Source of the DNA: Candidatus Shapirobacteria bacterium
GTDB lineage: Bacteria > Patescibacteriota > Microgenomatia > UM-FILTER-40-11
DNA: 64,000 nucleotides
NCBI GenBank assembly: GCA_020059745.1
Contig: JAGVBK010000002.1
Location: forward strand, 2,414 to 66,413
Direction: 5' to 3'
In this document: positions 44,543-56,458 of the stretch, piece by piece
Position numbering within the stretch: the stretch's first letter is position 1
Layout: every line of letters begins with the position of its first letter
Notes under the pieces: generated by a model
Told to the model about the DNA's origin: nothing
The model's input: the letters and a program-made list of their open reading frames with translations, nothing else
The model's database searches: none
Program-made: the position numbers and the translations under genes

Positions 44543-45607
44543 TTAAAGCTTCTTCAATAACCTGGAAACTTCTTCCGGCCTTAAAGCAAAAAGCCTAGCT
44601 GTTTCCATGGTAATTGCCCCCTCATTAACCAGTTTAACCAGGGAAGATTCAAGGGTAGACATTCCTAAAGAGCCGGAAGTCTGAATTATGTTGTCAATCA
44701 TGTGTGTTTTTCCTTCTCTAATCGCGGTTTTTACTGCAGCCGTGGCAATCATTACCTCGTGAGCAAGTGTTCTCCCTTCTTCGATGGTAGGAAGCAGCCT
44801 TTGGGAAAAGACCGCCTCGAGACAGGTAGAAAGCTGAATCCTAACCTGGTTTTTTGATTCTTCAGGGAAAGCGTCAATAATTCTGTCAACTGTTTGAGAA
44901 GCAGAATTGGTATGCAAGGTAGAAAAAACTAAATGCCCGGTTTCAGCAATGGTCAAAGCTGCTGAAATTGTGTCGTAATCTCTCATCTCACCAATAAGCA
45001 CCACATCAGGATCTTCCCTTAAAACAGACCTAAGCGAAGCTACCCAAGAATGGGTATCAAGCCCAAGCTCTCTTTGGGAAACTAAAGCTTTGTTATTTTG
45101 GAATACAAACTCAATCGGGTCTTCAATGGTAATGACATTACAGGAACGGGTATTAACAACTTCATTGATTATTGCTGCCAGGGTAGTTGACTTTCCATGT
45201 CCGGTCGGCCCGGTTACTAAAACAAAGCCTTGCTTAAGTTTTGCAAATTCATGACAAATACTTGGCAACCCCAAATCTTCAATGCTTCTTATCTTCATGG
45301 GAATAAAACGGAAGGCTCCGGCCAAGGTGCCTTTCTGGTTATAAATGTTTACCCTGAACCTTCCCTGGCCAGCCAACTCAAAGGAAAAATCAATCTCTTT
45401 GTTATTGATTAAAAGCTCTTTTTGCTCTTCCTGAAGAATTGAAAAAATCAGGTTTTCCGCATCTTTATCTGTTAAAACACCAAATTCATTTAAAAAGCGA
45501 AGCTCGCCGTGAATTCTTAAACAAGGAGGAACACCAACTACCAAATGCAGATCTGAAGCTTTTCTTTCAATTGTCAGGGCAAGTAAGGTCTTTATGTCTG
45601 TGGTCAT
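44543..45607 (-). CDS. pilT: twitching motility ATPase PilT
   Basis: Walker A GPTGHGKSTT, Asp box, Walker B, His box. About 354 aa with no N-terminal GSPII_E_N domain. Confidence 0.85.
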   Translation of the reverse strand: MTTDIKTLLALTIERKASDLHLVVGVPPCLRIHGELRFLNEFGVLTDKDAENLIFSILQEEQKELLINNKEIDFSFELAGQGRFRVNIYNQKGTLAGAFRFIPMKIRSIEDLGLPSICHEFAKLKQGFVLVTGPTGHGKSTTLAAIINEVVNTRSCNVITIEDPIEFVFQNNKALVSQRELGLDTHSWVASLRSVLREDPDVVLIGEMRDYDTISAALTIAETGHLVFSTLHTNSASQTVDRIIDAFPEESKNQVRIQLSTCLEAVFSQRLLPTIEEGRTLAHEVMIATAAVKTAIREGKTHMIDNIIQTSGSLGMSTLESSLVKLVNEGAITMETARLFALRPEEVSRLLKKL

Positions 45608-45649
45608 AGATACCTCTATAAAAATAGTAAACTAATAAACATTTTTTTT

Positions 45650-47365
45650 CTAGTCTTGTGCAACCCTTAAAACTTCTTCCATTGTTGTCACTCCCTCCAT
45701 AACTTTAAAATAGCCATCCTGCTTTAGGGTAATCATTCCTTCTTCAAACGCTGCTTTCTGAATATCGATTCCGGCTGACCTGGAAATAATCAGCCTGGCG
45801 ATTCTTTCCGTTACCGGCAAAACTTCAAAAATTCCCACCCTGCCAAAGTAGCCGGTATTGTTGCATTCAGGGCAACCCTTGCCCCGAAAAAGCTGAGGCT
45901 TTTCTCCTGGTTTTTCCATATATAAAGGACCTAAAACGTTTTTAATGTCAGCAAGAACATCCGGGGGAGGGTCATAGGCTTCGCGGCAAGAAGGGCAAAT
46001 TTTTCTGCAAATTCTTTGGGCAACAATAGCTGTTAAGGTAGAGGCAAGCAAAAAGGGCTCTGCTCCCATGTCCATCAAACGCGGCATCGCACCGGCCGCG
46101 CTTTTGGTATGAATGGTAGAAAAAACTAAATGCCCAGTCAAAGAAGCTTGTATAGCAAGGTCTGTCGTCTCTCTGTCTCTGATCTCTCCAACCATGATAA
46201 TATTGGGATCCTGCCTTAAAAAGGCTCTCAAGCCAGAGGCAAAGGTTAAACCGGCCGCAGGATTGACCTGAACCTGATTCACCCCGGCAATCTGATACTC
46301 AACCGGATCCTCAAGAGTAACTATGTTTACTTTTGTAGTGTTAATTTTAGAAAGAATGGAATAAAGAGTAGTAGTTTTCCCGCTGCCGGTCGGACCGCAG
46401 ATTAAAATAATCCCGTGCGGCCTTAAAATCGCATCCTGAAGATTTTTAAGCGCCCGGCCCCGCAAACCCAATTCCGGAAGAGTGGGCACACCGCCGCTTT
46501 TTTTAAGAAGCCTCATCACCACTTTCTCGCCGTGAACCGTAGGAAGAGTAGAAACCCTTAAATCAACCTCCTGGCCATCTGCTTTAAAATTAAACCTTCC
46601 GTCCTGAGGAATTCTTTTTTCGTCAATTTTAAGATCAGTTAAAACCTTTATTCTTGAAACTAAAGCCTCATGAACTGTTTTGGGCAAAACCAGTTTTTCG
46701 TGGAGAATGCCGTCAATGCGATAGCGAACCCTCGATTTGTCTTCTTCCGGCTCGATATGAATGTCTGAAGTCCGATACTTAATAGCAAATTCAAGAACCG
46801 TAGAAACAATTTTGGCCACCGGCTCTTTTCTTAAAACTTCAGCGTTTTGAATATCAATTACCTGGCCAGCCTGAGCTTCTTTGGAATCAGATGTTTCTTC
46901 AAGCGCAGCGCTTACTTCAGTAGAAAGATTCTGCGAATATCTCTCGCCAATGGCGGTCACAACCTCTTCTTCTAGGGCAATATAGGGTTTAATTTTTTTT
47001 CCGGATTTAAGTTCAATAAATTCAATCGCTTCCAGATCAAGAGGGTTAGCAAAAGCTACGGAAAGCTCTTTTCCGTCTCCGCTTATGGCAAAAGGGATTA
47101 ACCTGTATCTTTCTGCTACTGCCCGGGGAATAAGTTGAAGTACTTCAGGTGCAGTTCCGATATCCCGCAAGGTTGCAAAAGGAATATTAAAAAGTTCTCC
47201 TTTAGCTTTCACTATCTGTTCCTTGTTCACAAAACCCGACTCTTCCAAGAGCTGTTCTTCCGGTTTGCCGGTGCTGGCATATAAAACATTAATTTTCTCG
47301 GCTTGTTCGGGAGAAAGGCTTTTTTTCTCGGTAAGAAGTTTTGTTATACTTAGACTGTTGGGCAT
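45650..47365 (-). CDS. pilB: type IV pilus assembly ATPase PilB (GspE family)
   Basis: N-terminal GSPII_E_N domain, Walker A GPTGSGKTTT and tetracysteine motif CPSC...CPEC. Confidence 0.85.
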   Translation of the reverse strand: MPNSLSITKLLTEKKSLSPEQAEKINVLYASTGKPEEQLLEESGFVNKEQIVKAKGELFNIPFATLRDIGTAPEVLQLIPRAVAERYRLIPFAISGDGKELSVAFANPLDLEAIEFIELKSGKKIKPYIALEEEVVTAIGERYSQNLSTEVSAALEETSDSKEAQAGQVIDIQNAEVLRKEPVAKIVSTVLEFAIKYRTSDIHIEPEEDKSRVRYRIDGILHEKLVLPKTVHEALVSRIKVLTDLKIDEKRIPQDGRFNFKADGQEVDLRVSTLPTVHGEKVVMRLLKKSGGVPTLPELGLRGRALKNLQDAILRPHGIILICGPTGSGKTTTLYSILSKINTTKVNIVTLEDPVEYQIAGVNQVQVNPAAGLTFASGLRAFLRQDPNIIMVGEIRDRETTDLAIQASLTGHLVFSTIHTKSAAGAMPRLMDMGAEPFLLASTLTAIVAQRICRKICPSCREAYDPPPDVLADIKNVLGPLYMEKPGEKPQLFRGKGCPECNNTGYFGRVGIFEVLPVTERIARLIISRSAGIDIQKAAFEEGMITLKQDGYFKVMEGVTTMEEVLRVAQD

Positions 47366-47402
47366 TAATACTAATTAAAGAGTAAAAGAACCTAAAAAGT
47401 CA

Positions 47403-48146
47403 ATGTTGGAAACTTATGATACTCCTTGTCTTTTAATCGCCGGCTCAGACAGCGAAGGAAGGCTTAAAAAAGCAGAAGAAATCACTAAAATCTTTTTTAA
47501 AGACCAGGAGAATAATCCTGATTTTTTGCTGATTTCTCCCCAATTAAGCATTGGCATAGAAGAGGTAAGGGGGCTGCAAAAATTCCTTGAGCTTAAATCT
47601 TTTAAGGCCGGTAAAAAAACGGCGGTTATTGCGGAAGCCCAGGAACTTACTCCTGAAGCCCAAAATTCTCTTCTTAAAACCCTGGAAGAACCACCGCCCA
47701 ACTGCCAAATTATTCTTTGCGTTTCCGAGCTTTCTTTAGTCCTGCCGACAATTATTTCCCGCTGCAGAATCATTGAACTTTCTTTAAAACCCAAAGCAAA
47801 GCTGTCAAAAAAGGAAATGGAAACCGGTTTAGATGACTTTGAAAAATTGCTTTCCTCAAACCTTGGCGAAAATTTTGTCAAGATTGAAAAGCAGGCATTA
47901 AAAGACAGAAAGGAAGCAATAAACTACCTTAACCGTTTAAGCCTTGTTGCCAGAGAAGTTTTGCTTTCAAGGTACAAAAATATAGAAAAAGGAAGTCTAA
48001 AAATAAAGCTTCCAGATTGCTCAAATAACGACTTGATTATGGTATTATCATTAATTGCTGACGCTGTTAAAAAGCTTGAAGCAAACTGTAATATCCGCCT
48101 GGTTTTGGACAATTTTATGATTGATATAAATGCTAAAATTTGCTAA
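47403..48146 (+). CDS. holB: DNA polymerase III delta-prime-like clamp-loader subunit (short, degenerate P-loop)
   Basis: LKTLEEPPPNCQIILCVSE and TIISRC (sensor-2-like) motifs. No intact Walker A, as is typical for delta-prime. Confidence 0.55.
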   Translation: MLETYDTPCLLIAGSDSEGRLKKAEEITKIFFKDQENNPDFLLISPQLSIGIEEVRGLQKFLELKSFKAGKKTAVIAEAQELTPEAQNSLLKTLEEPPPNCQIILCVSELSLVLPTIISRCRIIELSLKPKAKLSKKEMETGLDDFEKLLSSNLGENFVKIEKQALKDRKEAINYLNRLSLVAREVLLSRYKNIEKGSLKIKLPDCSNNDLIMVLSLIADAVKKLEANCNIRLVLDNFMIDINAKIC

Positions 48147-48170
48147 AATAGACTTACTTTTTGAATATAA

Positions 48171-50180
<2,010 letters not shown>

Positions 50181-50182
50181 TT

Positions 50183-52822
50183 ATGGAAGTAGTTAAAAAC
50201 GATATTGGCAAAATCAAGTCCGTAAAAATTACGGAAGAAATGGAAAGGTCATACCTGGACTATGCCATGAGCGTTATTGTCCAAAGAGCCCTTCCCGATG
50301 TTCGCGACGGCTTAAAGCCTGTTCACCGCCGGATTCTTTACGCCATGCACCAAATGGGGCTGGGCCATACCTCAAAGTTTTCCAAATCGGCAAAAGTAGT
50401 TGGTGAAGTACTGGGAAAATACCACCCGCATGGAGATTCTCCGGTTTACCAGGCGCTGGTTCGCTTGGCCCAAAACTTTAACATGCGCTACCCCTTGATT
50501 ACTGGACAAGGCAACTTTGGTTCTGTTGACGGTGACCCGGCAGCAGCCATGAGGTACACGGAAGTAAAAATGGCTCCGATTTCCCAGGAAATGCTGGCTG
50601 ACATTGAAAAAGACACTATTGACTATATTGACAACTTTGACCAAACTCTTAAAGACCCTGTTTACCTTCCGGCCAAAATTCCCAACCTGCTTTTAATGGG
50701 TGCAGAAGGAATTGCCGTCGGAATGGCTACTAAAATCCCGCCCCATAACCTTACTGAAGTCATTGATGCAACTAATTTCTTAATCGAAAAAGGATCAATG
50801 ACCGAGTCGCACGAGAGCAGGGGAGAGGCACAAATTGAATTCAAAAAAATCAGCTTTGACGGCGAGGAAGAAAAAGAAAGCGGGCAAACCCAGGAAAAAG
50901 CTAGATTAAGATTTGGAAGCCAAGCCAGCATCGAAGAAATCATGCAGTTTGTCAAGGGCCCGGATTTCCCAACTGCCGGCCAGATTTTTGACCAGGAAGG
51001 GATAAAAGAAGCTTACTCAACCGGCAAAGGCAGAATCGTTATCAGGGGTAAGGCGGAAATTGAGGAAAGCAAGGGAGGAAAATTCCAGATAATTATTTCT
51101 GAGCTTCCTTATCAAGTAAACAAGGCCCAGCTAATCGCCAAAATTGCAGATTTAGCCAAAGACAAAAAAATTGACGGCATTGCCGACTTAAGAGATGAGT
51201 CGGACCGGCACGGAATTAGGGTGGTGATTGAACTTAAAAGAGATGCCAGGCCAAAGTCCGTCTTAAACAATTTGTTTAAAAAAACGGAGCTGCAAACCAC
51301 TTTCCCGGTCAATACCGTGGCTTTGGTTGACGGCACGCCAATGACCCTCAACATCAAACAAATTCTTGAAGAGTTTATTGACCACCGGCACTTAGTCATC
51401 ACCAAAAGAAGCGAGTTTGAGCTTAACGAAGCTAAAGCAAGAGCCCACATTCTTGAAGGCCTGCTCATTGCCCTTGATAATCTGGACGCTGTTATTGAAA
51501 CCATCAGAAAGTCAAAAGACGCAGATGAAGCTAAAGCAAATTTAATAAGTAAATTTAAACTTACAGAACTTCAGGCCACAGCCATTCTTGATATGCAGTT
51601 AAGAAGGTTGGCAGCCCTGGAAAGGCAAAAAATTGAAGACGAGTACAAAAAAGTAAAAGAAACTATTGACTATTTAACTGATCTTTTGGCTCATCCGCAA
51701 AAAATACTTGAAGTTATTAAAACTGAACTTGAAGAAATTAAATCCAAATACGGAGATGAAAGAAGAACCAAAATTTATAAAAAGAAGGCGGAAGAGTTTT
51801 CCGAAGAAGACCTTATCCCCAACGAAGAGACAATTATCATTGTCACTTCTACAGGATACATAAAAAGAGTGCCAAGAGGAACCTATAAAACGCAAAAAAG
51901 AGGAGGGAAGGGCGTTGTGGGAATGAAAACAAAAGAAGAGGACGAAATTTCCCATCTTCTGACCGCAGAAACTCATGACTTTATTCTTTTCTTTACCAAT
52001 AAAGGCCGTGTTTTCAGGCTCAGAGTTTGGGAACTTCCCGAAGGTTCGAGACAAGCCAAGGGCCAGGCAATTATTAACCTTATCAATATTGAACAAGGCG
52101 AAAAAATCGAGTCAATTTTAACCACAAAAAACCAAAATAACAATAATGAAGAGTTCCTTTTCATGGTTACTAAAAAGGGCATTGTCAAAAAAACAGAAGT
52201 CTCAAAATTTGAAAATGTCCGCTCTTCAGGAATAATTGCTATCAAGCTGGCAGGCGGAGATGAACTTTGCTGGACAAAAATAACCTCCGGAGACAACCAT
52301 ATTCTTCTTATTTCCCACGAAGGAAAGGCAATTAGGTTTAATGAAAAGGATGTCAGGCCAACAGCCAGAGATACTATGGGCGTAATCGGTATTAACCTTT
52401 CAAAAGAAGATTATGTGGTGGGCATGGAAGCCCTGCCTGCTAAAACAGAAAGCCCGCAGGATAAAAGAAAGAAAGTATTTAAAGACATATTGGTGGTCAT
52501 GGAAAGAGGCTTAGGTAAAAGAACCGGCTTTTCAGAATTCCCCTTGCAGAAAAGGGGAGGCATGGGAGTTAAGGTTGCCGAAATAACCCCAAAAACAGGA
52601 AAAGTGGTTTGCTCCCAGTTTGTGGACGAAAATGTTGAACAGGTCATTCTAACCTCAAAACAAGCCCAAATTATTAAGCTCCCTGTTAAAAACATTCCCC
52701 GCTTGGGCCGGGCTACTCAGGGGGTAATTTTAATGCGCTGCGGCCACGACGGAGATTCTGTCTGCGCTGTTTCCTGTCTGAAAAAGGAAGACGAAGAGAT
52801 AGAAGAAACCAAAACTTCTTGA
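50183..52822 (+). CDS. gyrA: DNA gyrase subunit A
   Basis: Active-site region AAMRYTE, a QRDR-like region ([14 protein letters not shown]) and C-terminal beta-pinwheel repeats. Starts 3 nt after gyrB. Confidence 0.95.
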   Translation: MEVVKNDIGKIKSVKITEEMERSYLDYAMSVIVQRALPDVRDGLKPVHRRILYAMHQMGLGHTSKFSKSAKVVGEVLGKYHPHGDSPVYQALVRLAQNFNMRYPLITGQGNFGSVDGDPAAAMRYTEVKMAPISQEMLADIEKDTIDYIDNFDQTLKDPVYLPAKIPNLLLMGAEGIAVGMATKIPPHNLTEVIDATNFLIEKGSMTESHESRGEAQIEFKKISFDGEEEKESGQTQEKARLRFGSQASIEEIMQFVKGPDFPTAGQIFDQEGIKEAYSTGKGRIVIRGKAEIEESKGGKFQIIISELPYQVNKAQLIAKIADLAKDKKIDGIADLRDESDRHGIRVVIELKRDARPKSVLNNLFKKTELQTTFPVNTVALVDGTPMTLNIKQILEEFIDHRHLVITKRSEFELNEAKARAHILEGLLIALDNLDAVIETIRKSKDADEAKANLISKFKLTELQATAILDMQLRRLAALERQKIEDEYKKVKETIDYLTDLLAHPQKILEVIKTELEEIKSKYGDERRTKIYKKKAEEFSEEDLIPNEETIIIVTSTGYIKRVPRGTYKTQKRGGKGVVGMKTKEEDEISHLLTAETHDFILFFTNKGRVFRLRVWELPEGSRQAKGQAIINLINIEQGEKIESILTTKNQNNNNEEFLFMVTKKGIVKKTEVSKFENVRSSGIIAIKLAGGDELCWTKITSGDNHILLISHEGKAIRFNEKDVRPTARDTMGVIGINLSKEDYVVGMEALPAKTESPQDKRKKVFKDILVVMERGLGKRTGFSEFPLQKRGGMGVKVAEITPKTGKVVCSQFVDENVEQVILTSKQAQIIKLPVKNIPRLGRATQGVILMRCGHDGDSVCAVSCLKKEDEEIEETKTS

Positions 52823-52856
52823 TAAATTAGGCAATTTTAATACAATTCATTAACCT

Positions 52857-53378
52857 GTGAATAAAAAAGAAGAAAAACAAGCCCCAAAACCTAAAGAAAA
52901 AGTTTCCTCAGAAGAAAAAAAGGATGGTCCGCAAGTCAGCAAACTTTGCCGATCTGAAAAAGATAAGGTCATTGGCGGAGTTGCCGGTGGTTTAGGAGAG
53001 TTTTTTAACATTGACCCTATTATTTTTAGAATTCTTTTCGTGCTTTTTGCCCTAAACGGCTTTGGTTTCATTTTTTACTTTGCTCTTTGGATAATTATTC
53101 CCTCAGAAAAAAGAGTAGGAAAAAATACTGACGAAAACATTAGATACAATATTGAAGAAATTAAAGACCGGGCCAACAACCTTGCAGCAGATATTCGTGA
53201 AGGAAGGGAAAAAGAAAGGTCCAGAAATTGGATCGGAATTGTCCTTATCTTACTTGGTTTTTTCTTTCTTTTAGAAAACTTCGGTCTTTTCAGAATTGTT
53301 AACCTTGCCAGGTTTTGGCCCCTTTTTATCATCGTCCTTGGTTTTGCCATACTTTTAAAAGATGGAAAAAGAAACTGA
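52857..53378 (+). CDS. PspC-domain membrane protein
   Basis: KLCRSEKDKVIGGVAGGLGEFFNIDPIIFRILFVLFAL matches the PspC domain signature. Confidence 0.6.
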   Translation: MNKKEEKQAPKPKEKVSSEEKKDGPQVSKLCRSEKDKVIGGVAGGLGEFFNIDPIIFRILFVLFALNGFGFIFYFALWIIIPSEKRVGKNTDENIRYNIEEIKDRANNLAADIREGREKERSRNWIGIVLILLGFFFLLENFGLFRIVNLARFWPLFIIVLGFAILLKDGKRN

Positions 53379-53619
53379 AAGAAAAGGAAACGGAGTTACT
53401 TGGGCAGTTTTCCTTATCTTTGCTGGAGTTATCCTTCTTTTAAATAATCTTGGTCTGGTTTCCTGGTCCGTTTGGGCTTCTTTGTGGAAATTTTGGCCGC
53501 TTATCCTTGTTTTAGGGGGCTTGGAAATAATCTTTGGCGGCAGTCTTATCGGAAACTTTTTTGTGACAATCTTAGGCTTGGCAGCAGCTTTTTTACTTAT
53601 CTTTCTTAATTTTTTTTAA
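53362..53619 (+). CDS. small membrane protein (2 TM), hypothetical; overlaps the PspC gene end
   Basis: Hydrophobic 85-aa ORF, translationally coupled to the PspC-domain gene. Confidence 0.4.
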   Translation: MEKETERKGNGVTWAVFLIFAGVILLLNNLGLVSWSVWASLWKFWPLILVLGGLEIIFGGSLIGNFFVTILGLAAAFLLIFLNFF

Positions 53620-53621
53620 CC

Positions 53622-54029
53622 TTACTTCCTCTTAAGCTCGCCTTTAGTTGATTCCCATAAATCTTTAGCGTCTCCCTCAATTGCCCGGCCAAAAGCCAAA
53701 CCTATGGCAATGGCAAAAGTTAAAGTTAACCCGCCGGCAATCGCAGCCAAAATTGCTTCTCCAATACCAAAGTAGTCAAGAATAATAAGAATCAGAAGAA
53801 TCCTTCCGGCAATGGAAACTATTTTGGCTAAAATCCCTAAAACCCGGTTGTCGAGGTTAGTACCCTTAAGGTCAATTCTTCTTATCAAGCTCGTGGCCAA
53901 ATTTATAAGGGCAACACCAATAATCCAAATTACCACAGCTACAATAATCATTGGTATCAATCTTATGGCATCAACTACCAAACGGCCCAGAGAATCAGCA
54001 ACGGCATTAATAAAGTTCATAATTTTCAC
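53622..54029 (-). CDS. hypothetical membrane protein
   Basis: 135 aa with three or four predicted TM helices. No motif recognised. Confidence 0.4.
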   Translation of the reverse strand: MKIMNFINAVADSLGRLVVDAIRLIPMIIVAVVIWIIGVALINLATSLIRRIDLKGTNLDNRVLGILAKIVSIAGRILLILIILDYFGIGEAILAAIAGGLTLTFAIAIGLAFGRAIEGDAKDLWESTKGELKRK

Positions 54030-54125
54030 CTCCCGTCAAACACACATTCCCATAGATTTTTGCTTTCTGTCAAGCAAAAGAGAGTCTTGTTTCATTAAAG
54101 AAACAGATTTATTAACATCTATATA

Positions 54126-55079
54126 TTATTTTTTAGGTTTTGAAAGGGGATGGAATTTACGGTGAGTCTCTTCGGCGAATCGGTCAGAAGCGTGAACATA
54201 GCGGGTTGTAGTGTCAAGAGACTCATGGCCAAGAAGAATTTGAATCGCTGCCGGACTGGCACCCGACTCTGCCAAGTAAGTGGCAAAGCCATGCCTTAAA
54301 GAATGAGCAGAAGTGGGAACATTAATTTTTAACTTTTGCCGATACTCTTTTATTTTTGCTTGAATGTAGTTTGTAGAAAGCCTTTTTTTTGATTTAGATA
54401 CATTAAGACCGCTGTAAGGAATAAAAAGGGCGTCAAAGGCATCCTGGCGGGTCGCGAGATAGCGTTCTATGATATTTTGGGCCCGAGGGGTTAAATAAAC
54501 AAATCTTTCCTTTTTCCCCTTTCCCAAAACAAAAATTCTGCCGCTGCCGTCAATGTTTGACCGGTTAAGACGGCAAAGTTCGGATATTCTCATTCCGGTT
54601 GAAAAAAGCACTTCCATAATCGCTTGATTTCTTAAGGCCACTAAAGGGTCGTTTTCAAGATAAGCCGGTGATTCAATTAATTTAATAATTTCTTCAAATT
54701 CTGCAACCTGGGGATGACGTTTCTCTGTTTTGACCATCTTTACTGCCTCAGGAGGAATCGGACAAGGCAAGTCCATTTCAATAAGATACTTCAGATAGCT
54801 TCTTAAAGCAGAAAGCATCCTGTTTAGGCTTCTTGAAGATAATGTATCTTGAGATTCTTCTTCTTTTATGGCTGTTTTTCGGTCTTTTGAGGCTAAATAA
54901 GCCTTAAATTGAGCGACTACTCTTTTGTCAACCTTGTCAAGGGGAGTAGAGGAGTCCTCTAAAAATCGGGAAAATACGCTCAAATCACGCTCGTAATTAT
55001 AAATAGTTTCTAAAGAATAATTATTTGTTTTTAAATGAAGAAGGAAATCATCAAAATAAGGCAACATCTTTTTTATCAT
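54126..55079 (-). CDS. xerC: tyrosine recombinase XerC/XerD family
   Basis: An N-terminal SAM-like core-binding domain, then the catalytic motif HSLRHGFATYLAESGASPAAIQILLGHESLDTTTRYVH (R..HxxR..Y). Confidence 0.85.
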   Translation of the reverse strand: MIKKMLPYFDDFLLHLKTNNYSLETIYNYERDLSVFSRFLEDSSTPLDKVDKRVVAQFKAYLASKDRKTAIKEEESQDTLSSRSLNRMLSALRSYLKYLIEMDLPCPIPPEAVKMVKTEKRHPQVAEFEEIIKLIESPAYLENDPLVALRNQAIMEVLFSTGMRISELCRLNRSNIDGSGRIFVLGKGKKERFVYLTPRAQNIIERYLATRQDAFDALFIPYSGLNVSKSKKRLSTNYIQAKIKEYRQKLKINVPTSAHSLRHGFATYLAESGASPAAIQILLGHESLDTTTRYVHASDRFAEETHRKFHPLSKPKK

Positions 55080-55183
55080 ACCAGAGAGCTAGGGGAGAAT
55101 AAATAAAATAAGTTTGTCATAACAAGGGTCCTGCCCCATGAGTCTAGGACTGAGTGTAAGAGATATTATACTCAGTCGATAAC

Positions 55184-55212
55184 ATCATATTGGAAAATCT
55201 TCTTTTTGTCAA
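55184..55212 (-). promoter_or_regulatory. near-consensus sigma70 promoter for xerC (TTGACA, 17-nt spacer, TATGAT on the - strand)
   Basis: The reverse complement of 55207-55212 is TTGACA and of 55184-55189 is TATGAT, with a 17-nt spacer. Downstream (- strand) a 7-bp hairpin ACTGAGT...ACTCAGT lies in the 5' UTR before the xerC ATG at 55079. Confidence 0.45.
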
Positions 55213-55675
55213 CAACCCCCTAGAAAGCCCTAGAAAGGCCGAAAGAGGATAAAGACGGCATTTAATCATTTCCTTCTCCATAATTTGTGCCTCCTTTTTT
55301 TGTTTTTCTTTACAAAAAGCAAGGCTTTTTAAGATCCACCCCCGGGATCTCTAAAGAATCTCTCCTTATGGAAGTTTTGTAAGAAATTTTTTACAGTTAT
55401 CCACAATCGGGAATAAATAACTAGTATCAAACTATATCATTTGTGCGTGATTGGGCTATATGAAGACCAAAACTAGAGAAAACACTTTTTAGCACTTTAA
55501 TAAACTTTTTGCCAGACCGTGAAAAGAACTTATAATATTGTGAAAAGAATGTCCTATAACTATTATAGGCTTTACTATTATAGGATAATTTACCTTTTTA
55601 CCCCTACCCCTCTCCTCTACCCAAAGTTCCGTCAATCTTTTTTAAAAAATTAAAATTTTAAATTAAAAATTGTGG

Positions 55676-56449
55676 TTAACCCCAGGAAGTGTATGAAAGA
55701 AGAATCAAAAGAACTACCAGACCTACGGTAAGGTACTCCTGCACTGTTTTCTTAAAAAGCCTGTCGCTTAGCTTGGCCTGTACAATCCCTAAAGATACAT
55801 AAACAAGCGAGGTCAGAAAAAGCGAGCCGAGAGTAATTGCTGTTGGCCAAAAAGACATAATTAAAGCTATTTCCCCCATTCCTAAAGCAGGAATTAGAGT
55901 ATAAAGTAAAAGTTTCCTGCCAATTTTTTCATCTAAATTTACTGACCAGTTACCGTGGAGAAAAAGTAGAAAGGATGAGATAAAAACCAAAGCTGCATTT
56001 TCATAAAAAGTAAGCCTGAAGGAAAAAATTGTGTCGTAAAGAAGAAACGAGGTAATTAGCGTCAAGAGAAATCCGGCCGCAGACGCAGACCGGAAAAGCT
56101 GAATTGTCCTTATTGAAGCCACGGAAAAGATATTCTCACTGAGAAAAAGCGCATACATTCCCAAAAAGTAAAAGATAATTATCGGAATAGCGGCAATCAG
56201 CGAGCCTGGAAGTAAAAAGTAAAAAAGGCCAATTCCGGCAGTAAATAGAACCGGCAAAATCCAGGACATAAGCCAAACAGGACCTTTTAAGGCTTCCTTA
56301 AGCGACCAAAACGTTAAAGGAATCGGCAGTAAAGAAAGAATGACAATAGCCAAATAGCGATTTTCAATACTTCCAAATTGGATAAAAGAAAGACCTGCGG
56401 TTAGAAGCAGTGAACTAAAGATAAACTTTCTTCTTTTTGTTAAAAACAT
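55676..56449 (-). CDS. hypothetical polytopic membrane protein
   Basis: 257 aa with about 8 TM helices. No motif recognised. Confidence 0.45.
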   Translation of the reverse strand: MFLTKRRKFIFSSLLLTAGLSFIQFGSIENRYLAIVILSLLPIPLTFWSLKEALKGPVWLMSWILPVLFTAGIGLFYFLLPGSLIAAIPIIIFYFLGMYALFLSENIFSVASIRTIQLFRSASAAGFLLTLITSFLLYDTIFSFRLTFYENAALVFISSFLLFLHGNWSVNLDEKIGRKLLLYTLIPALGMGEIALIMSFWPTAITLGSLFLTSLVYVSLGIVQAKLSDRLFKKTVQEYLTVGLVVLLILLSYTSWG

Positions 56450-56458
56450 TTTAAAAGG

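Noticed and set aside
54126-55079. xerC as a marker of an integrated mobile element or prophage
   Set aside because: No flanking direct repeats, phage genes or cargo were seen, and the nearest tRNA is 7 kb away. A XerC/XerD-type chromosome-dimer resolvase with its own promoter is the simpler reading, although the adjacent noncoding island is flagged separately.
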